Both the position numbers and the translations under genes were made by a program. DNA of 64,000 bases from Antedon mediterranea (Eukaryota > Animalia > Echinodermata), in contig NC_092671.1 in NCBI RefSeq assembly GCF_964355755.1, forward strand, positions 6,882,001 to 6,946,000, in the 5' to 3' direction. This document shows, piece by piece, positions 38,162 to 52,108 of the stretch (positions within the stretch are counted from its first letter, which is position 1; the number at the start of each line of letters is the position of its first letter). Below the pieces are notes generated by a model that was not told the origin of the DNA, searched no databases, and saw only the letters and a list, made by a program, of their open reading frames with translations.

Positions 38162-40921
38162 ATGAATAGATTATTTGGAAGTTCAAAGCCAAAGGCTCCT
38201 CCGCCAAACATGAGTGACTGTATCAAGAACGTAAGTTACAAATGTCCACTTATTTCCTGCCAAAAAATGCTGAGCTAGGCTAGGCCTAGGCTTTTACTTA
38301 GATGTTATTCTTGTTGTCACTGCTAAATGTCGTGACCAGGCTGCCATGACCTACACCTTTTATACTATAGCCTTGGCCTAGCGTAATACTGTATAGTTAG
38401 GTTTTATATGTTTTACTTTTATATATTATTTAAGATAGCACCTCTCCTCCATCAATATTCCCCTGGTTGGTATATTTTTCTTTTTATTAACATTTATTAA
38501 TTAAGAAATAAGAATAAAAGTACTACTACTAGCTAGGCTAGGCCTAAACAGATAAAACACAAAATGCATAATTCTAGCCTACTTTTGTTTTGTTGGTATG
38601 CAGCACCTGGCAGCGAGGCATATTATTATTACTACAAGCATGGAGCTATAAAATTAGTTAGCTATATAATTGTACAGCTCCATGCTACAAGTACAAGACA
38701 TATTATTATTACTACCTCCAGACCTAATTAATTATTAGTCCATAGTAGTGTAGTAGCAAATAGAAATACCCTAGCCAGTCTATAAAATAACACTTAAAAT
38801 AAATATCATTTTTATGTTTTCCTCCATTAGGTTGATTCACGATCAGATTCTATAGAGAAAAAGATAGCCAAACTGGATATGGAACTAAAGAAGTATAAAG
38901 ACCAAATGAAGAAAATGAGAGATGGCCCATCCAAGGTAAACATTCATATATTGATATAATATAATACACATTTATTTAGATTTACAATTTAATTTAATTT
39001 CACTGCTTCTACTGGATAAAACCCTTTAAAAAATGGCCCAATAACATTGTTATATTTTAGTGGAATATTGTTATTTTTTTATCTTAACAGAATATGGTTA
39101 AACAACGAGCAATGCGTGTTCTTAAGCAAAAAAAAATGTAAGACTTACCGTGTCATTTTTTTATCAAAATTGTGAACATGAGAAATGAAATAATAAGGAT
39201 GTTTAAAATATTTAATTTATGATTTTTTAAGGTATGAGCAACAAATGGAGAACCTTCGCAATCAATCGTTCAATATGGAACAGGCTAATTTTGCAACACA
39301 GACACTGAAGGACACAAAGACAACAGTGGATGCCATGAAACTAGGAGTTAAAGAGATGAAAAAAGAATACAAGAAAGTTGACCTTGATCAAATAGAGGTT
39401 AGATGCAATGTATAGTAATAAATAATATAATAACTAAAATGTGTATCTTTCAAAGTTGCACCATTCAAAATAAATGATTAAATTTAACCAAAAAGTCATT
39501 TTTTTATTCAAATTATAGTTTTTCAGGTAAATCATTTTTTTTTTATCCAATTTTTTATCAAAGTGAATAACTATTATGTGACATTAAAATGACATATTCA
39601 ACAACAAAATTGTAAAAAAAAATATTTTTCAGGGGTATAATATATCTTTAAAAGTATATTTGAGAATACTGGTTAACAAATATGCAAGTAATTCTTGGGT
39701 ACCAGGATGTGTCTTACAACTGAATACTATGTCTTATTTTTCTTAATGCTTTAGGATTTGCAAGATGATATGGAAGACATGATGGAACAGGCAAATGAGG
39801 TACAGGAAATGATGGGAAGGACTTATGGAACCCCTGAGCTGGATGAAGCTGATCTGGAAGCAGGTGAGACCCATAGATGACGTTTTTAACTTTTATACTT
39901 TTTATTTATACTGGGTGACATCTTTACAGTACATACACTGTTCTGCCAAAGTAATTTTTTAAGTTTTAACATCATTTAAATCTGGCAGTAGGTGTTGATC
40001 TTATCAAATATTGAATACCTTTTCATACAGTCTGTTTATATAATGTATATATTGTGTACAGACACAGAGGAAGATCATATAATTTACATGATGATTATCT
40101 AGTTTGGAATTATAAACTGGATGAGATGATGTATTCAATGTATTTGCTAACTGAAAATATATAGTCTGAACATTAAAATATGTCATACCTAGAAATATCA
40201 CTTTCATACTGGCAAGTTTTAAATTTCGTGGTGGGACTAGCTTGTGGATGATGTAGCTTCATTGTCGCTTTAGAAGTCCCAGACTTTATGTCAAATAAAT
40301 AAATGGTGGAAGATGAGTGTGATCAGTTTTAACATTTACGTCACCCCACCGGGCTATGTATATAATTTAATAACCGATAATGTGGTAGACACATTTATTT
40401 GATGGAATTAAGCCTGTATATTTTGTTTACAGAACTTGATGCACTTGGTGATGAAATGTTCCTTGATGAAGATAATTCCTATTTAGATGAAGCTATCAGT
40501 GCTCCTTCAGTACCAGAATCAGAAATCGGAGGGGACTCTGTTGCTTCTAAGGTATGTTCTGACATGCATGTTTCCTTATTTTCCATAATAGCAACTAAAC
40601 AGAAGAAGAAATGAATATAACCTACAAATAATAGTAATAATATACACAATTTAACTTTCTTTCCTGAATTGTTATTGTATGTTGTATCATGGAAGATAGC
40701 TCAATGGTTGTAGCTATTGATTCATTTAGAATAATCTGTTTTTATATGTATGTTAATATCATATTATTCCATTATATATTTAAACTTATTTTGTACAATA
40801 ATGGTATTTCCCATAATAAAATCTATTTTGGTATTAATGAAGTCATTAAAACACATGTTTTATTTTATAGGATGGAGTAGCTGTTGATGAGTTTGGACTG
40901 CCTCAGATTCCAGCATCCTAA
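38162..40921 (+). CDS. CHMP5: Charged multivesicular body protein 5 (ESCRT-III, Vps60)
   Basis: Exons approximately 38162-38230 ([16 protein letters not shown]), 38831-38935, 39091-39137 ([12 protein letters not shown]), 39232-39397 ([11 protein letters not shown]), 39755-39863, 40433-40551 and 40871-40921 ([16 protein letters not shown]). Confidence 0.95.
38639..38684. mobile_element. Micro-hairpin with 7-bp TSD (putative P/Galileo footprint)
   Basis: CTACAAG-CATGGAGCTATAAAATT...AATTGTACAGCTCCATG-CTACAAG. Confidence 0.75.
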
Positions 40922-42064
40922 TCTATCTTAAAAAATGTAATTTTATACTTGAATGGAACATTGATTTATTCGTAAATAATATGAAGGGGTCAATTTAATT
41001 TTCTTTAGGTCACAGGAATGACCCCTGGCATTTATTTATGTAGCTGGTTATGTTATACATTGTTTTGGTATTTGTTTAAAACAAATATAAGCCTGTAAAC
41101 TTATCCATGGAAGATTTTTATAATGTTTAACTGTAAATATGTTGCCCTATGGTAAACACTGTATTAGGCATTGCCTCAACTTGTAGACAAGTTTCATCGA
41201 ATTTAAATTTATTATTTATTTTGAGGTAAATCTTTACTTTTATTTCTGTCAAAATTGCTGTTTCCTTGCCAACTTCCTGATAAGTAGATAACAATTTTGA
41301 GACACAAATAAAAGTAAAAATTCACCTTAAAATTAATTATGCAATAACAATATAATTATTTTTATGAATGCTACGTCCAAACAAAAATAACCCATTATAA
41401 GTTTTAATATACAAATTATATCTATAATACAGTATAATAATAAATACTTTATTTTAACACAGAAAAGCTTGTGTCACCAAAAAGGTGTTCTTCTACAAGG
41501 CTGTGATCAACTGAATACATTACTAATTTAAAAAAAACACAAGAGAGAAATAATTAAACAAAATAAAGTACACCACGTATATTAGTTCTGAAAAGAACTG
41601 TCGAATTTCTTGACGTTTTGACTAATATGCTTTGATCGTCCTCAGGAATGAGAATGTAACATAAAGACCATTATACATCACTTTCAGAATTTGGATTGTA
41701 CACTATATCTATTTAAAATGATACGATATGTATTATAATTTACATATGTTTATATTAGACACATTTTAAATTATGTTGTGTTGAATGCATGTATTTTATA
41801 TTATGAAGGGATAGGCGTTTTGTGTAATACCATGTGCTAAAGTTGTTTTAAAATAACTTTTTGTGTTTTATTTATCATTAAATACTTCATATAGTTTTTA
41901 ATGTTAAGGCGAGAATCTAAAAATAAGAGTATTTATACAGATATTGATAAATAAACTCTTCTATATACCCATACATTTACCTGCATTATTTTATTTGCTT
42001 GTACTTAAGTTTCATACTTTATGAAACCGTTTCACCGAAAATTTTAATTAATTTTGGCTTAGAA

Positions 42065-42085
42065 CAGGGAGTTCTCAACTCCCTG
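42065..42085. mobile_element. Micro-hairpin with 7-bp TSD (putative P/Galileo footprint)
   Basis: CTTAGAA-CAGGGAGTTCTCAACTCCCTG-CTTAGAA. Confidence 0.7.
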
Positions 42086-43133
42086 CTTAGAACTACTACA
42101 TTTTAAATTATAGATCTTATCTTGTATACGTCTTTTTAGAAAATGATCATGTATGATGTATTATATCGTCATGTTGATATGATAAGTTCCCCAAACTTGT
42201 CTTATTTTTTATGACTATATAATAAATAATGAATCTAATAGATGTTTTTCATTATGTATATAATGAATACAGTACATAAGAACAAAGAACACATTCTTTA
42301 AACAAGGCAATCAAAAGTCATTACATTACGGCTATAATGAATTGCGCCATCTATTGTCTAAAATGATAAACAAACTCTATCATCAACAACAAAAACAACA
42401 CAGAGGTACAGTTCAGCCGCATCATCATCATTCATCATCAATCACTTTTCGAATTGAAAACGAAGACAGCAGCTATGCAAACCAAACCAAAATAGTTTTG
42501 TTGTGGAGCGTGTATGCATTGTATTTACATATGATTTGTCATAAGTAAGGTAAATAGCCTCTCTACCTAATTTTATACGGTGTAACTGTAGGACTACCTG
42601 TCCTACTAGACTAGAGTAGAGCCGAGCTTAGCAGTCCTCCTATCCTATAGCTACTGTAAGCTGCAGACTAGGGCTGGTGGTGGTGGTAAGTAGGCCTGAT
42701 CTGATCCATTGTGAGTGTGTGATAGCCGGTAGAGTGTATGCAATGTCTATAGGCCTAACTAAACTAGCCTACGCACAATTTGAAATTGCGCAAGGGTTTA
42801 CTTTTGTAATTAAAAAAATTGAGTTGCTGTCAGTGTCATTCCCGAAATCAATCCTATCCCCTTGAAATCTTTCACGCTTGAAATACCAATAATATGGGTC
42901 ACGGAAAAAATAAAATTTCGGTATTTTGTATAGTACCACTAGGACCAATTTCAAACGCAACCGATAAAAAGGGTTAGTGTGAGGCAGAGTAAACCATGTA
43001 GGCCTAGTTTCCTATTTTCAAAAATAATAATAAATAAATGTTAAAGAATTTTGTTTTGTTCTTTTCAGTACATGGGCTTATTCAAAGTCCCTTCATTATG
43101 GATTCATCTGTTCCTCCTTAACATACAGACGTC

Positions 43134-46100
43134 ATGACTAGGAAACTCTTATGCTGTACAGATAACCTGTCTGTGTTGCCGGTATGTGGCGTATTCTTAG
43201 GTCTGCTGGGCATAGTATTATTTATATTGTACCTTGTAGTTGAAGATTTGACGACATCTCTAGAACACATAGATGGTGCTGTACCAGTGTGGGTACCAGC
43301 CGTTCTGGTGAGTTGCATTTAAATTTTACCACATTAATCAATGTTCAAAAATTTAAAAAGTGTATACCATGGTATAAACATAGATCTTGAGTACACTAGC
43401 AGTGACTTTCTGATGATTGTGGCAATTGTACAGTTAAAAGTTAATATTTGTAATTTTAATTTCAGTTACTATTTACTGGAATCTCTATGATCTTGCAGTC
43501 CAAGAAACGTCCAGTTGGCCTTGTAAGTTTTCAGTGATACATTGTTTGTAATGTAATTGTTATGTAATGAATGTAATTGTGATGTAATTATAATGTAATT
43601 ATAATGTAATTTGTACAAATCATGGCAGAGAGTGGATTTAAATTATAGATAAAAAGACTAAATACTGATTGTCAGGCTGACTGATTGTATAGATAATTAG
43701 AGACCAAGTGTGAAATGAAATGCACTTTAAAAAACGTATAATGATAAATTAATTTTGAGGTAATTCCTCAAATTCAAAATTTCAGAGCTTTTTTACAAGA
43801 TTTTTTTTCTTGAAATAAACAAGAATAAAAATTACTTTAGCAATGATATTTAAACATAATTTAAGCATTACAAATTGTCAATAATCAATACTTAAATATT
43901 GCATTAAACTTCAAATCAAATTTTACAGTACTGTAGTACTTAAATTAAAACCAGTCTGCATTGTTTGTAGACCAGACATAGCGTTTTGAAATTGTTTAAA
44001 TATTGAGACTTATAATTATTCCTAACAAATGTACAAATATTTATGTTGGTGTAGCAACTGTGTTCTTTATTGTTCACTGTGTTGGTATTCAAGTTTCTAC
44101 CCACCAGATTGAATTGTTAAAATTATACAATACAGTAATACTGTCCTAGAGGTTTTACTATACAATCTTTTCTGACTTTTTTTTTTTCTTGTTTTTCCAA
44201 ATGTAATTTTCTCAATCATAACTTTAATTTTTTGTCTGGTATTCTATTTTGTACCTACCTGCCATAATATAGGCTTTATAGTGAAATATGCTATAACCTA
44301 AACACGAAGATAAAAATGAAAATTGTTTAAATTATGTGTTTGGGGAAAGAGAGAGATGTAGTACAGGTTAAAAAATGGAATTCTGGTGAAAAAAGGATAA
44401 ATTGATATAGCTAAAAATGTAGAATTTTATTTTAAATGTGCAGTTGAACCATATGCTAGCTACAGTCTAATGCTATTCTTCAGCACAGTTCAACTGTCCC
44501 ACTAACTGCCTTCAGTTGAGTCAGCCTATTGTCTCTTAGCCCAACCCAACTAACAATCAATATTCTGTTGAAGCCAATGAAGTCTGGTACAATTAAACAA
44601 CGCTGTTCATTGTACAAACATGCTTCACTAGAGTAATTCATTTTTATATGAACGGTACTTCCTGTGAAAAATTAATTTTAAGGTTGAAATAAATTTGGAA
44701 TTCTATTTACAATATTTGTTTAGTTAATTTTGCTATAATATTTATTGTTATTATCATTTATTATTATTAAAAGCAGTCATATAGAATAATACAATTTAAG
44801 ATTAACTAAAAAGGATATGAAAATGGATGCAATGTAAAGGCCACTAAGATTAAGTAATAGTGTTGTTATTAAACCAATGAGTTATTTCTCATACAAAGCA
44901 TATAGGAGGTATCTGAACAACTACACTAAATATCATGTTTAATAACCTAATCAATCAAAGAGGAAACTAATGATATTGGAGAATTATTTGTAATTTAAGA
45001 AATGAAAAAAAAAAAAATTAATAAAAAAAAATAAAAGCAAAATATACAGTAATGTAGCTATTAAACATAAATAACATCTCATGCCATTAATTTGTATATG
45101 TATTAATTGTATAATAAGAATAAGTATAAATTTATAATTGTACTACATGTACTAAGGTAAAACCAATACTGTTATTATTAATTTCATATTCAAACGAAAT
45201 ATTGTTTATTTTTCACATAGCATACTGTAGCAATCATACCAATAATTTAATGAAATGTAGATAATCAAGTAACAACGTTGTTTTCACATGGTTCAATGAC
45301 AGAGCCTCCGTTCCCATTGTGCTAATGGTAGTCTGTGTTACCCAGGTGTTGCCAGGCTTATCGAGCGGAATAAAGGTGTTCGATGGGGCACCACTCAATT
45401 GTAATATTTTACGATCTGTTAATCTTTGTCCATATATGGTGGTAGGTATGGATGTATTGTAGGTTATATTAAATGATAACAAAATAAATTTATATTTATT
45501 ATAATTATTTATTATAAAATATTTATCCCTTAAAAAATGGTCAAATGTCATACATTTACAGTAGTTGTAATAAATCTAAATATAACCCAATAGACAACAG
45601 TGCTAAAAAAAATAATCACAACCCTGATTCTTTATTTTTTCAAAGTTGGAAAGAGATTTTGAGACTAAGTATACAATAAAAAATACAATAACATTGTTCC
45701 AGTTAGTTCTGTGGTTCATATTTATTTCAAAACCTGAACTACACTGATGAGATCTAACGAGATGACAACATTATATAATAAGCAACGTAACATAGAGGCC
45801 TGAGGCCCCTGGTTTTGGAACCCCAAGTGGCCCTCCAATGCTGGCCTCTGGCATGTATAGCCTTTTCGACATATTTTAATGCCTGTTTTTTCCTCTGAAC
45901 ACTGCTCCGGGCCCCTGGGTTTAGCCAGTGAGTGCTCATAGCCTTTACGCCATTGATGATAACATGACATCATTTGTTCCCATCTTTATCTTTCAGTTGG
46001 TAGTATCACTGTGCTTAAGCATAGCATCAGCTGTAGTATGCGTCTCAGTAGCAGTACCCACAATTATGGACACTATACCATTCATGGAGAGCCTAACACT

Positions 46101-49100
46101 GTGTGTCTATCAACAATCGATGGCTGAGTGTAGATGTTATGCAGTTGACAGCAAGCAGAATGGTACCAACCTCATCAGCATACCTGAGGGTACATGCAAA
46201 TGTTTTGTTTTTTTATATGTTAAAAAATTATCATACTACTGCAAAATGTTCTTTTCATGGAAAAAGCCTTTAAAACCCATGATAGATAGATTGACATATT
46301 GTATACAGATAGAAATCCTGTAGGCCCTTTCATTTGACAATTTCCTTTAAATCATATTTGTCTTTTTACTTTTCTTGTATTTGAATGCTTTTTAAAAGTG
46401 GCTTAGTGGTTATGATACTCGGCTACCAATCCAAGGGTCCTGGGTTTAAGTCCTAGATTTTTTTCTAATGACAATGACAATTTGCAACTCTGCTCCCTTG
46501 ACAATTTGCCTAAATATATAAATTTCCAAAATGTTAACAAAAAAAAAGATCTATGAGTGTATGAATGCAATGTTATCTACAGTATTTTAATCAAAGTTTA
46601 AACATATCAGTTTTTTGGCGTAAACATCCTTGTAAACCATGCATTTCCATAATTATAATCCACTTAACAACTTAAATTTTTTATAGAATGTATATAATTA
46701 TACCAGAACCAATAATCCATAGTGGTTGTAGCACTTTTGATTGTTTTGAAACCTGGAGGACAAATTATGCCAATTGTCTTGACCTTGCGTGAATCGTAAT
46801 CAAAGCTGTACATGTTAACTATAATCATCCTCTTACTTCTGTTGATGCGTATTCTTACTTATTTGTCATTATTTGCTCTCTACAGGTAGTAAACAGTACA
46901 TTTTCAAGGAGGTCAAAGGTTGTGATACGGTTGAACGCACGTTGAAAGACATTCTTTTTACAGAAAGTGTGATTTATTGTTTCGGAGCGGTTGCAAGCAT
47001 TTTGGCAACGGTTCTCACATCCTTGCTTCTATGTCATAAAAGGAAATCAAACAAAAGTCCACCGGTATGCGAACAAACAGCATTAGCACACAGTATTGTT
47101 TAGTTAATTTGTTATAACATTTTATGTATTAAATTTCTAAAAGCAGAAAGTTCTATATTAATATTCCAGATTAACAATTAAGCTCTGTCTACACTATCAA
47201 ACTCTTTTTACAAAAGAAATGTGTGATGTGCCCAAATTATTATGGTAGTGATATGACATCATCATGAATGAATGTTGATCTGCCAGATCTATCTATAATT
47301 TTCTCTTTAAACATTTTTTTTAATTTGTTTTGACCTGATTTTATAACCATTTTATAAAAGGCCACATTATATTCATTGAGTTAAGATACATTTGGACCAG
47401 AATTTCTAAAACCCATAACGCAAATTCAGTTTTGAATGCGTTTTATGGCTAGTAGATAATTCAGTATATTCTATTTTTCAGGTTCAAGATTTAAACAGTG
47501 ATGCTTTTGAGAATCCAAACACACATCGCTTTCATTATAACAATAGCAACAGACTATTCCTGCATGGTAGGTTAAAATGTTTATGATTAGCAACAGCATA
47601 TTCTCAATAGTAAAGTCAGGTTTGCTGTACATTATGCATTTCCAATAAGAATTAAAGTATAGAAGTATGGAATGTCTTCTGTTTATCATACAGCCATTTT
47701 CTGAAAACGTTAGACATTCTCAACTTTACTTTATTACTTTTTTTTGGAAACACATACCATAAACACATAAACACATACCATAAACACATAAACACATACC
47801 ATAAACACATACCATAAACACATACCATAAACACATAAACACATACCATAAACACATACCATAAACACATACCATAAACACATACCATAAACACATACCA
47901 TAAACACATAAACACATACCATAAACACATAAACACATACCATAAACACATAAACACATACCATAAACACATACCATAAACACATAAACACATACCATAA
48001 ACACATACCATAAACACATAAACACATACCATAAACACATACCATAAACACATACCATAAACACATACCATAAACACATACCATAATCACATACCATAAA
48101 CACATAAACACATACCATAAACACATAAACACATACCATAAACACATAAACACATACCATAAACACATAAACACATACCATAAACACATAAACACATACC
48201 ATAAACACATACCATAAACACATACCATAAACACATAAACACATACCATAAACCTGACTGTGATATAATTTTAATTTAACCATGTCACAATAATTGATTG
48301 ATTCTAATTTCTTCTCTTACAATATACTAATCTCATGGTTTTCGAATTCCATAATACTTTCTTTTAGGCTTTTAATTCTATTAGACTATTTTCTTTTGTA
48401 ATTATTTACAAAGCATAATCATTGTACGCTACAAGTTTCGTTCATTCTCTATCTATTTCATAATTTAATTTAAATTTAAAATAAATTATATTTTAATTCA
48501 TAGGACCAGGGCAGACATACATTGTTGGACTTGGACGTGAAAACCAGGACAGAAGTGCTCTTATCAACTCTGAGGTAGTACCAAATGTTGAACGAACAAC
48601 TTCTACCACAAATACTACCACCACAACACGAAACTCGCTCACCTTGCCAGGGTATGGACAGAGTCAAAACAGTGCTCAAAGAACTGCGTCTGTCAGAAGA
48701 TCTTCCAGTACATCTTCTGCGGCACTTCCGCGACCTGTTGTAGGTTCACGACATCATTCGATTAGTACTGCGGACAATGTGGCAACACGTAGGCCAGGGC
48801 GCCCTCCTCCACTTATACGTGGCGGGTTCATGCAGAGTCATCCTGATGGAAGAGCAGTCCCGGTTTACACGATCCCTGGTTCAAATCAGGCGTACATCTC
48901 ACTAAATGATCTACCATCTCTACAGATGCCAAATATGGACAATGTACCAGCATATATACCACAAATGGCATCATTGAACTCTATGCAAGGTCCATACCCT
49001 AGTGAAGAACCACCCCCTTACAGCCCCTCGGCCGAATATCAAAATAACGAGGTGCCACCTATATTTCCTGCAACAGCTCTGACAACCTTAAACGAGACAT

Positions 49101-50545
49101 CAGAATCTGCGTTATCTTCTCCTTTACGAAGCATACCAGATGTAGTAAATACTGCTGTACCAGTTGATAATGTTCAACATCAAACCTCTCCAGATGTGAC
49201 TGTAAATGATGTCAGTGTAGAAGTGCCTCACACTGACATCACTCTTAATGTAGAATTACCTCACACTGACATCACTTCAAATCGAAATGTAGAAATACCT
49301 CACGATAACGATAACTCACACCCACAAGAGACAATCAATGAATCGATTTTAAATGAAAACTTTACCTTTAGTTCAGGATCTGGTCAAAGTCCACGGACAT
49401 TTCATGATATAACCAGTGCCTCGGTGTACTCAAATTCATCAGTAGATGATGATTATGATCTCAGTAATATCACTGATTGTAGGCCCACTGAGGAGGATAA
49501 CTCAAATAATCTAAGCTTAAAGTATAGTGAACCTGTGAATGTGTCAAGGCTATCTTCTGCTTCAAAGCAGAAATGGAACCTTGGAACAAGCTCAAGAGAG
49601 AGTTTGTCAGCAACTTTGGCATGTCTGCCACAAGAGTCAATCGCAGGAACCAGCAGAACATCATCTGTTGATAATCTAGATGACGTTCCATCTGTATATC
49701 GAGAACAATCAAATGAAACTATGCTTAAAAGTTTACCAAAGGGTGCAAGACCTAAAGTTAAGCCTAAACCAGGAAGGCAGCGAAAGAGAAAGAAAAATAG
49801 TGATTTACGAGCATCAAGTACATCAAGGCTTCTTGATGCAGAATATAATTCTGCCAAAGAAAGTAATCCTGTTGTAATTGACAGTAGTGATGGCGATGCC
49901 ACAAACTATCGTAGTAGAACTAAATCTTTGCCAAATTTAACAAAACAACAATCTGGTAATAATATTGAAATAACTTCTGATAATCCTATCCAAACTGAAA
50001 TGTCTAAACCAGGTTGGCAAGATCGTCCTACGCCTTGGGCCTTTGATGTTGGTACTGTGGATGGTAGGCGAAAAAAGAATAAACATCGCAACACAACTGC
50101 CTTTTATGATCTTATTGAGCGGGCAAATAATTACCAACGTAAAGAAGAGAAACCTCCACAGGATAAACCAAGAAAACAAGAAAATAATAACAATAATAGA
50201 CGCAATAGAAACAAACAAAGTTCGGGATATAATCGCAATCATACTAATCCTCGTCAAAAAGCGAAAATTAGAACAGATCTACCAGCAAGCAGTGCTTGGG
50301 GACCAAAAAAGAACATTCCATCAATTTCTGGACAGTGGGCTAGCAAATCTGCAAAGAGACCGCAGATTATAACTCAGACAGCAGCAGAAACACACATGAA
50401 CAATTTATCTTCATCTAGCAACGAAAGCCTAACGGATGTTATTAGTCTCGTTGCTAATACATCAACATCTTCAACACGCGCAAGAAAGAAACGTGTGATG
50501 TTGGAGGCGGAATCAATTACAGAATTATTGGATACTAGAGTTTAG
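43134..50545 (+). CDS. Four-TM CD20-like membrane protein with long disordered PPxY-containing tail (ENTREP/FAM189/TMEM255-like)
   Basis: Exons approximately 43134-43307, 43466-43522, 45997-46189, 46886-47064, 47481-47568 and 48504-50545 join in frame. Four hydrophobic segments, loop C..ECRCY..YIFKEVKGCDTV, and EEPPPYSP in a Ser/Pro/Asn-rich tail. The family call is from motif recall. Confidence 0.72.
46397..46500 (+). mobile_element. tRNA-derived SINE family 1 copy
   Basis: GTGGCTTAGTGGTTA...GGCTACCAATCCAAGGGTCCTGGGTTTAAGTCC. Confidence 0.7.
47748..48253. repeat. Intronic minisatellite of mixed 13-bp (AAACACATACCAT) and 8-bp (AAACACAT) units
   Basis: ~500 bp of nearly perfect units; explains the three spurious minus-strand ORFs. 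Confidence 0.95.
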
Positions 50546-51254
50546 ATATTTATGATATTTTCAATAATGTTTACAATTTTTTATTTTACAACTCTTGGCA
50601 ATTGTATATTGGTAAAATTTTTACAGCAGTTTTTAAAAAAAAATGTTTAGAATTAGCATTGAAGTATATTGTAAAATTTGAGCAAAGTCTTTAAGCGCCA
50701 CATATGGACGAAGTATCTGTTATCGTTCATTTTCTGTTATATTATTAAGGTTGCTATTTGCTATAATTTATTAGGTCTTCCACTTTATACAAAAGTGGTA
50801 ATTTATTTATTGACTGCGTTTTTTTTATTTTTACTGTATTTAAGTGATTCTCGGTGCTGTATCTCCAAAATATTTCCTAGTATAATAGGAAAATTCCATA
50901 AAAGGTTACACTGTGGGTTAGGTTATGATATTAGGGGATACATGTGAACACATGTGATACTGTATTACAACATTTCCTATGATACTGAGGAATAGATACA
51001 GTACTGAGAATCGGCCGCTGTATTGCTATTTGAAAATGTGCAACATAGTTTATTGAAATTTAGTAATATTTATTATTATATATGCTTTTTTTGGTTTGTA
51101 TTCCTTGTACTAAATAGTTGTGTTGTCGTCTACTATGCTTAGTTTTTGCATCGTTTTATTTTAGTACATTCTTTTAACCCGTCCAATTATAAATTACTGC
51201 TGTGTATTTATTTAAACAACTCTGTGTGTGTGATGACATATATAATAATATTAT

Positions 51255-51450
51255 AATCCAAAGGCAAATTACTGAAAAAATTACAATGCTGTGGGTATCA
51301 GTGGCTGGATCTCAATGGAGATTAAAAAAAAAAAGCGAAAAGCTAAATCAAAACAATAAAGTAAAACAGCCAGAAAAATTAGACAGAGCTTTCGGGCAAC
51401 ACTAGCCCTTCATCAGTGCAAGTTAAGGAATTTGGATATTGTCATAGTAT
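51255..51450 (-). mobile_element. Second full copy of the hammerhead retroelement
   Basis: Reverse complement of 34221-34416. Confidence 0.75.
51381..51421 (-). ncRNA. Minimal hammerhead ribozyme, copy 2
   Basis: Minus strand TTGCA-CTGATGA-A-GGGCTAGTGTTGCCC-GAAAG-CTC^TGTCT; core identical to copy 1. Confidence 0.72.
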
Positions 51451-52091
51451 AAGAACTGGCAAGTGCTGCCTGAGTGGATAATTTATATAATATATTTGAT
51501 AGAGTTGGAATAGTTGCAACAAGTTCTAGAGCATTTTTATTCTCTTAAATATGGGTTGAAACATTTTTTTTTACATTAAAAGAAAAAATATTTACTCTTG
51601 AAATAAAAAAGAAATATACAAATATTTTTTTTTTTTATTTTGTTCAGCTCTGAACAACAAGAATAAAAAAAAATATTGGAATAAAGAAATGGGTTTAAGT
51701 TTTAAAAAGAAAAATACAATAAAGAAATGGGTTTAAGTTTTAAAAACAAATATATTTTCAAATAGGTCTATTAGTTATGTAAGCATATAGATTATATTGT
51801 AATACACAGTATTAGTAGTAGCCCTACGGTATACCATCAATGGTCTCAACCAAAGATCTCTTCTTCAAATGAAACCGGTCCAAGATAGCTACATTATTTG
51901 AAATGTATTTGAGTTTTAATAAATAATGTACAGTACTGATAGTTAATATGAAACCACACATTTTTAAAATCCTTAAGTGAAGAATAAACCATAGAGATTC
52001 CAGAATTTTTATAAATACAATTGTAAGGAATGCCAGTTGGCAGCAATATTCAATCAAAAAAGATCTCGAACCGTCCATTACATAGTTATAT

Positions 52092-52108
52092 CATGGAGTA
52101 ACTCCATG
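52092..52108. mobile_element. Micro-hairpin with 7-bp TSD (putative P/Galileo footprint)
   Basis: GTTATAT-CATGGAGTAACTCCATG-GTTATAT. Confidence 0.75.

Noticed and set aside
47652-48283. Three overlapping Cys/Met/Val-rich ORFs
   Set aside because: Artefacts of the intronic minisatellite, which has no stop codons on the minus strand.
49453-50257. Antisense ORFs of 149, 80, 62 and 106 aa
   Set aside because: Shadow frames of the large plus-strand exon.
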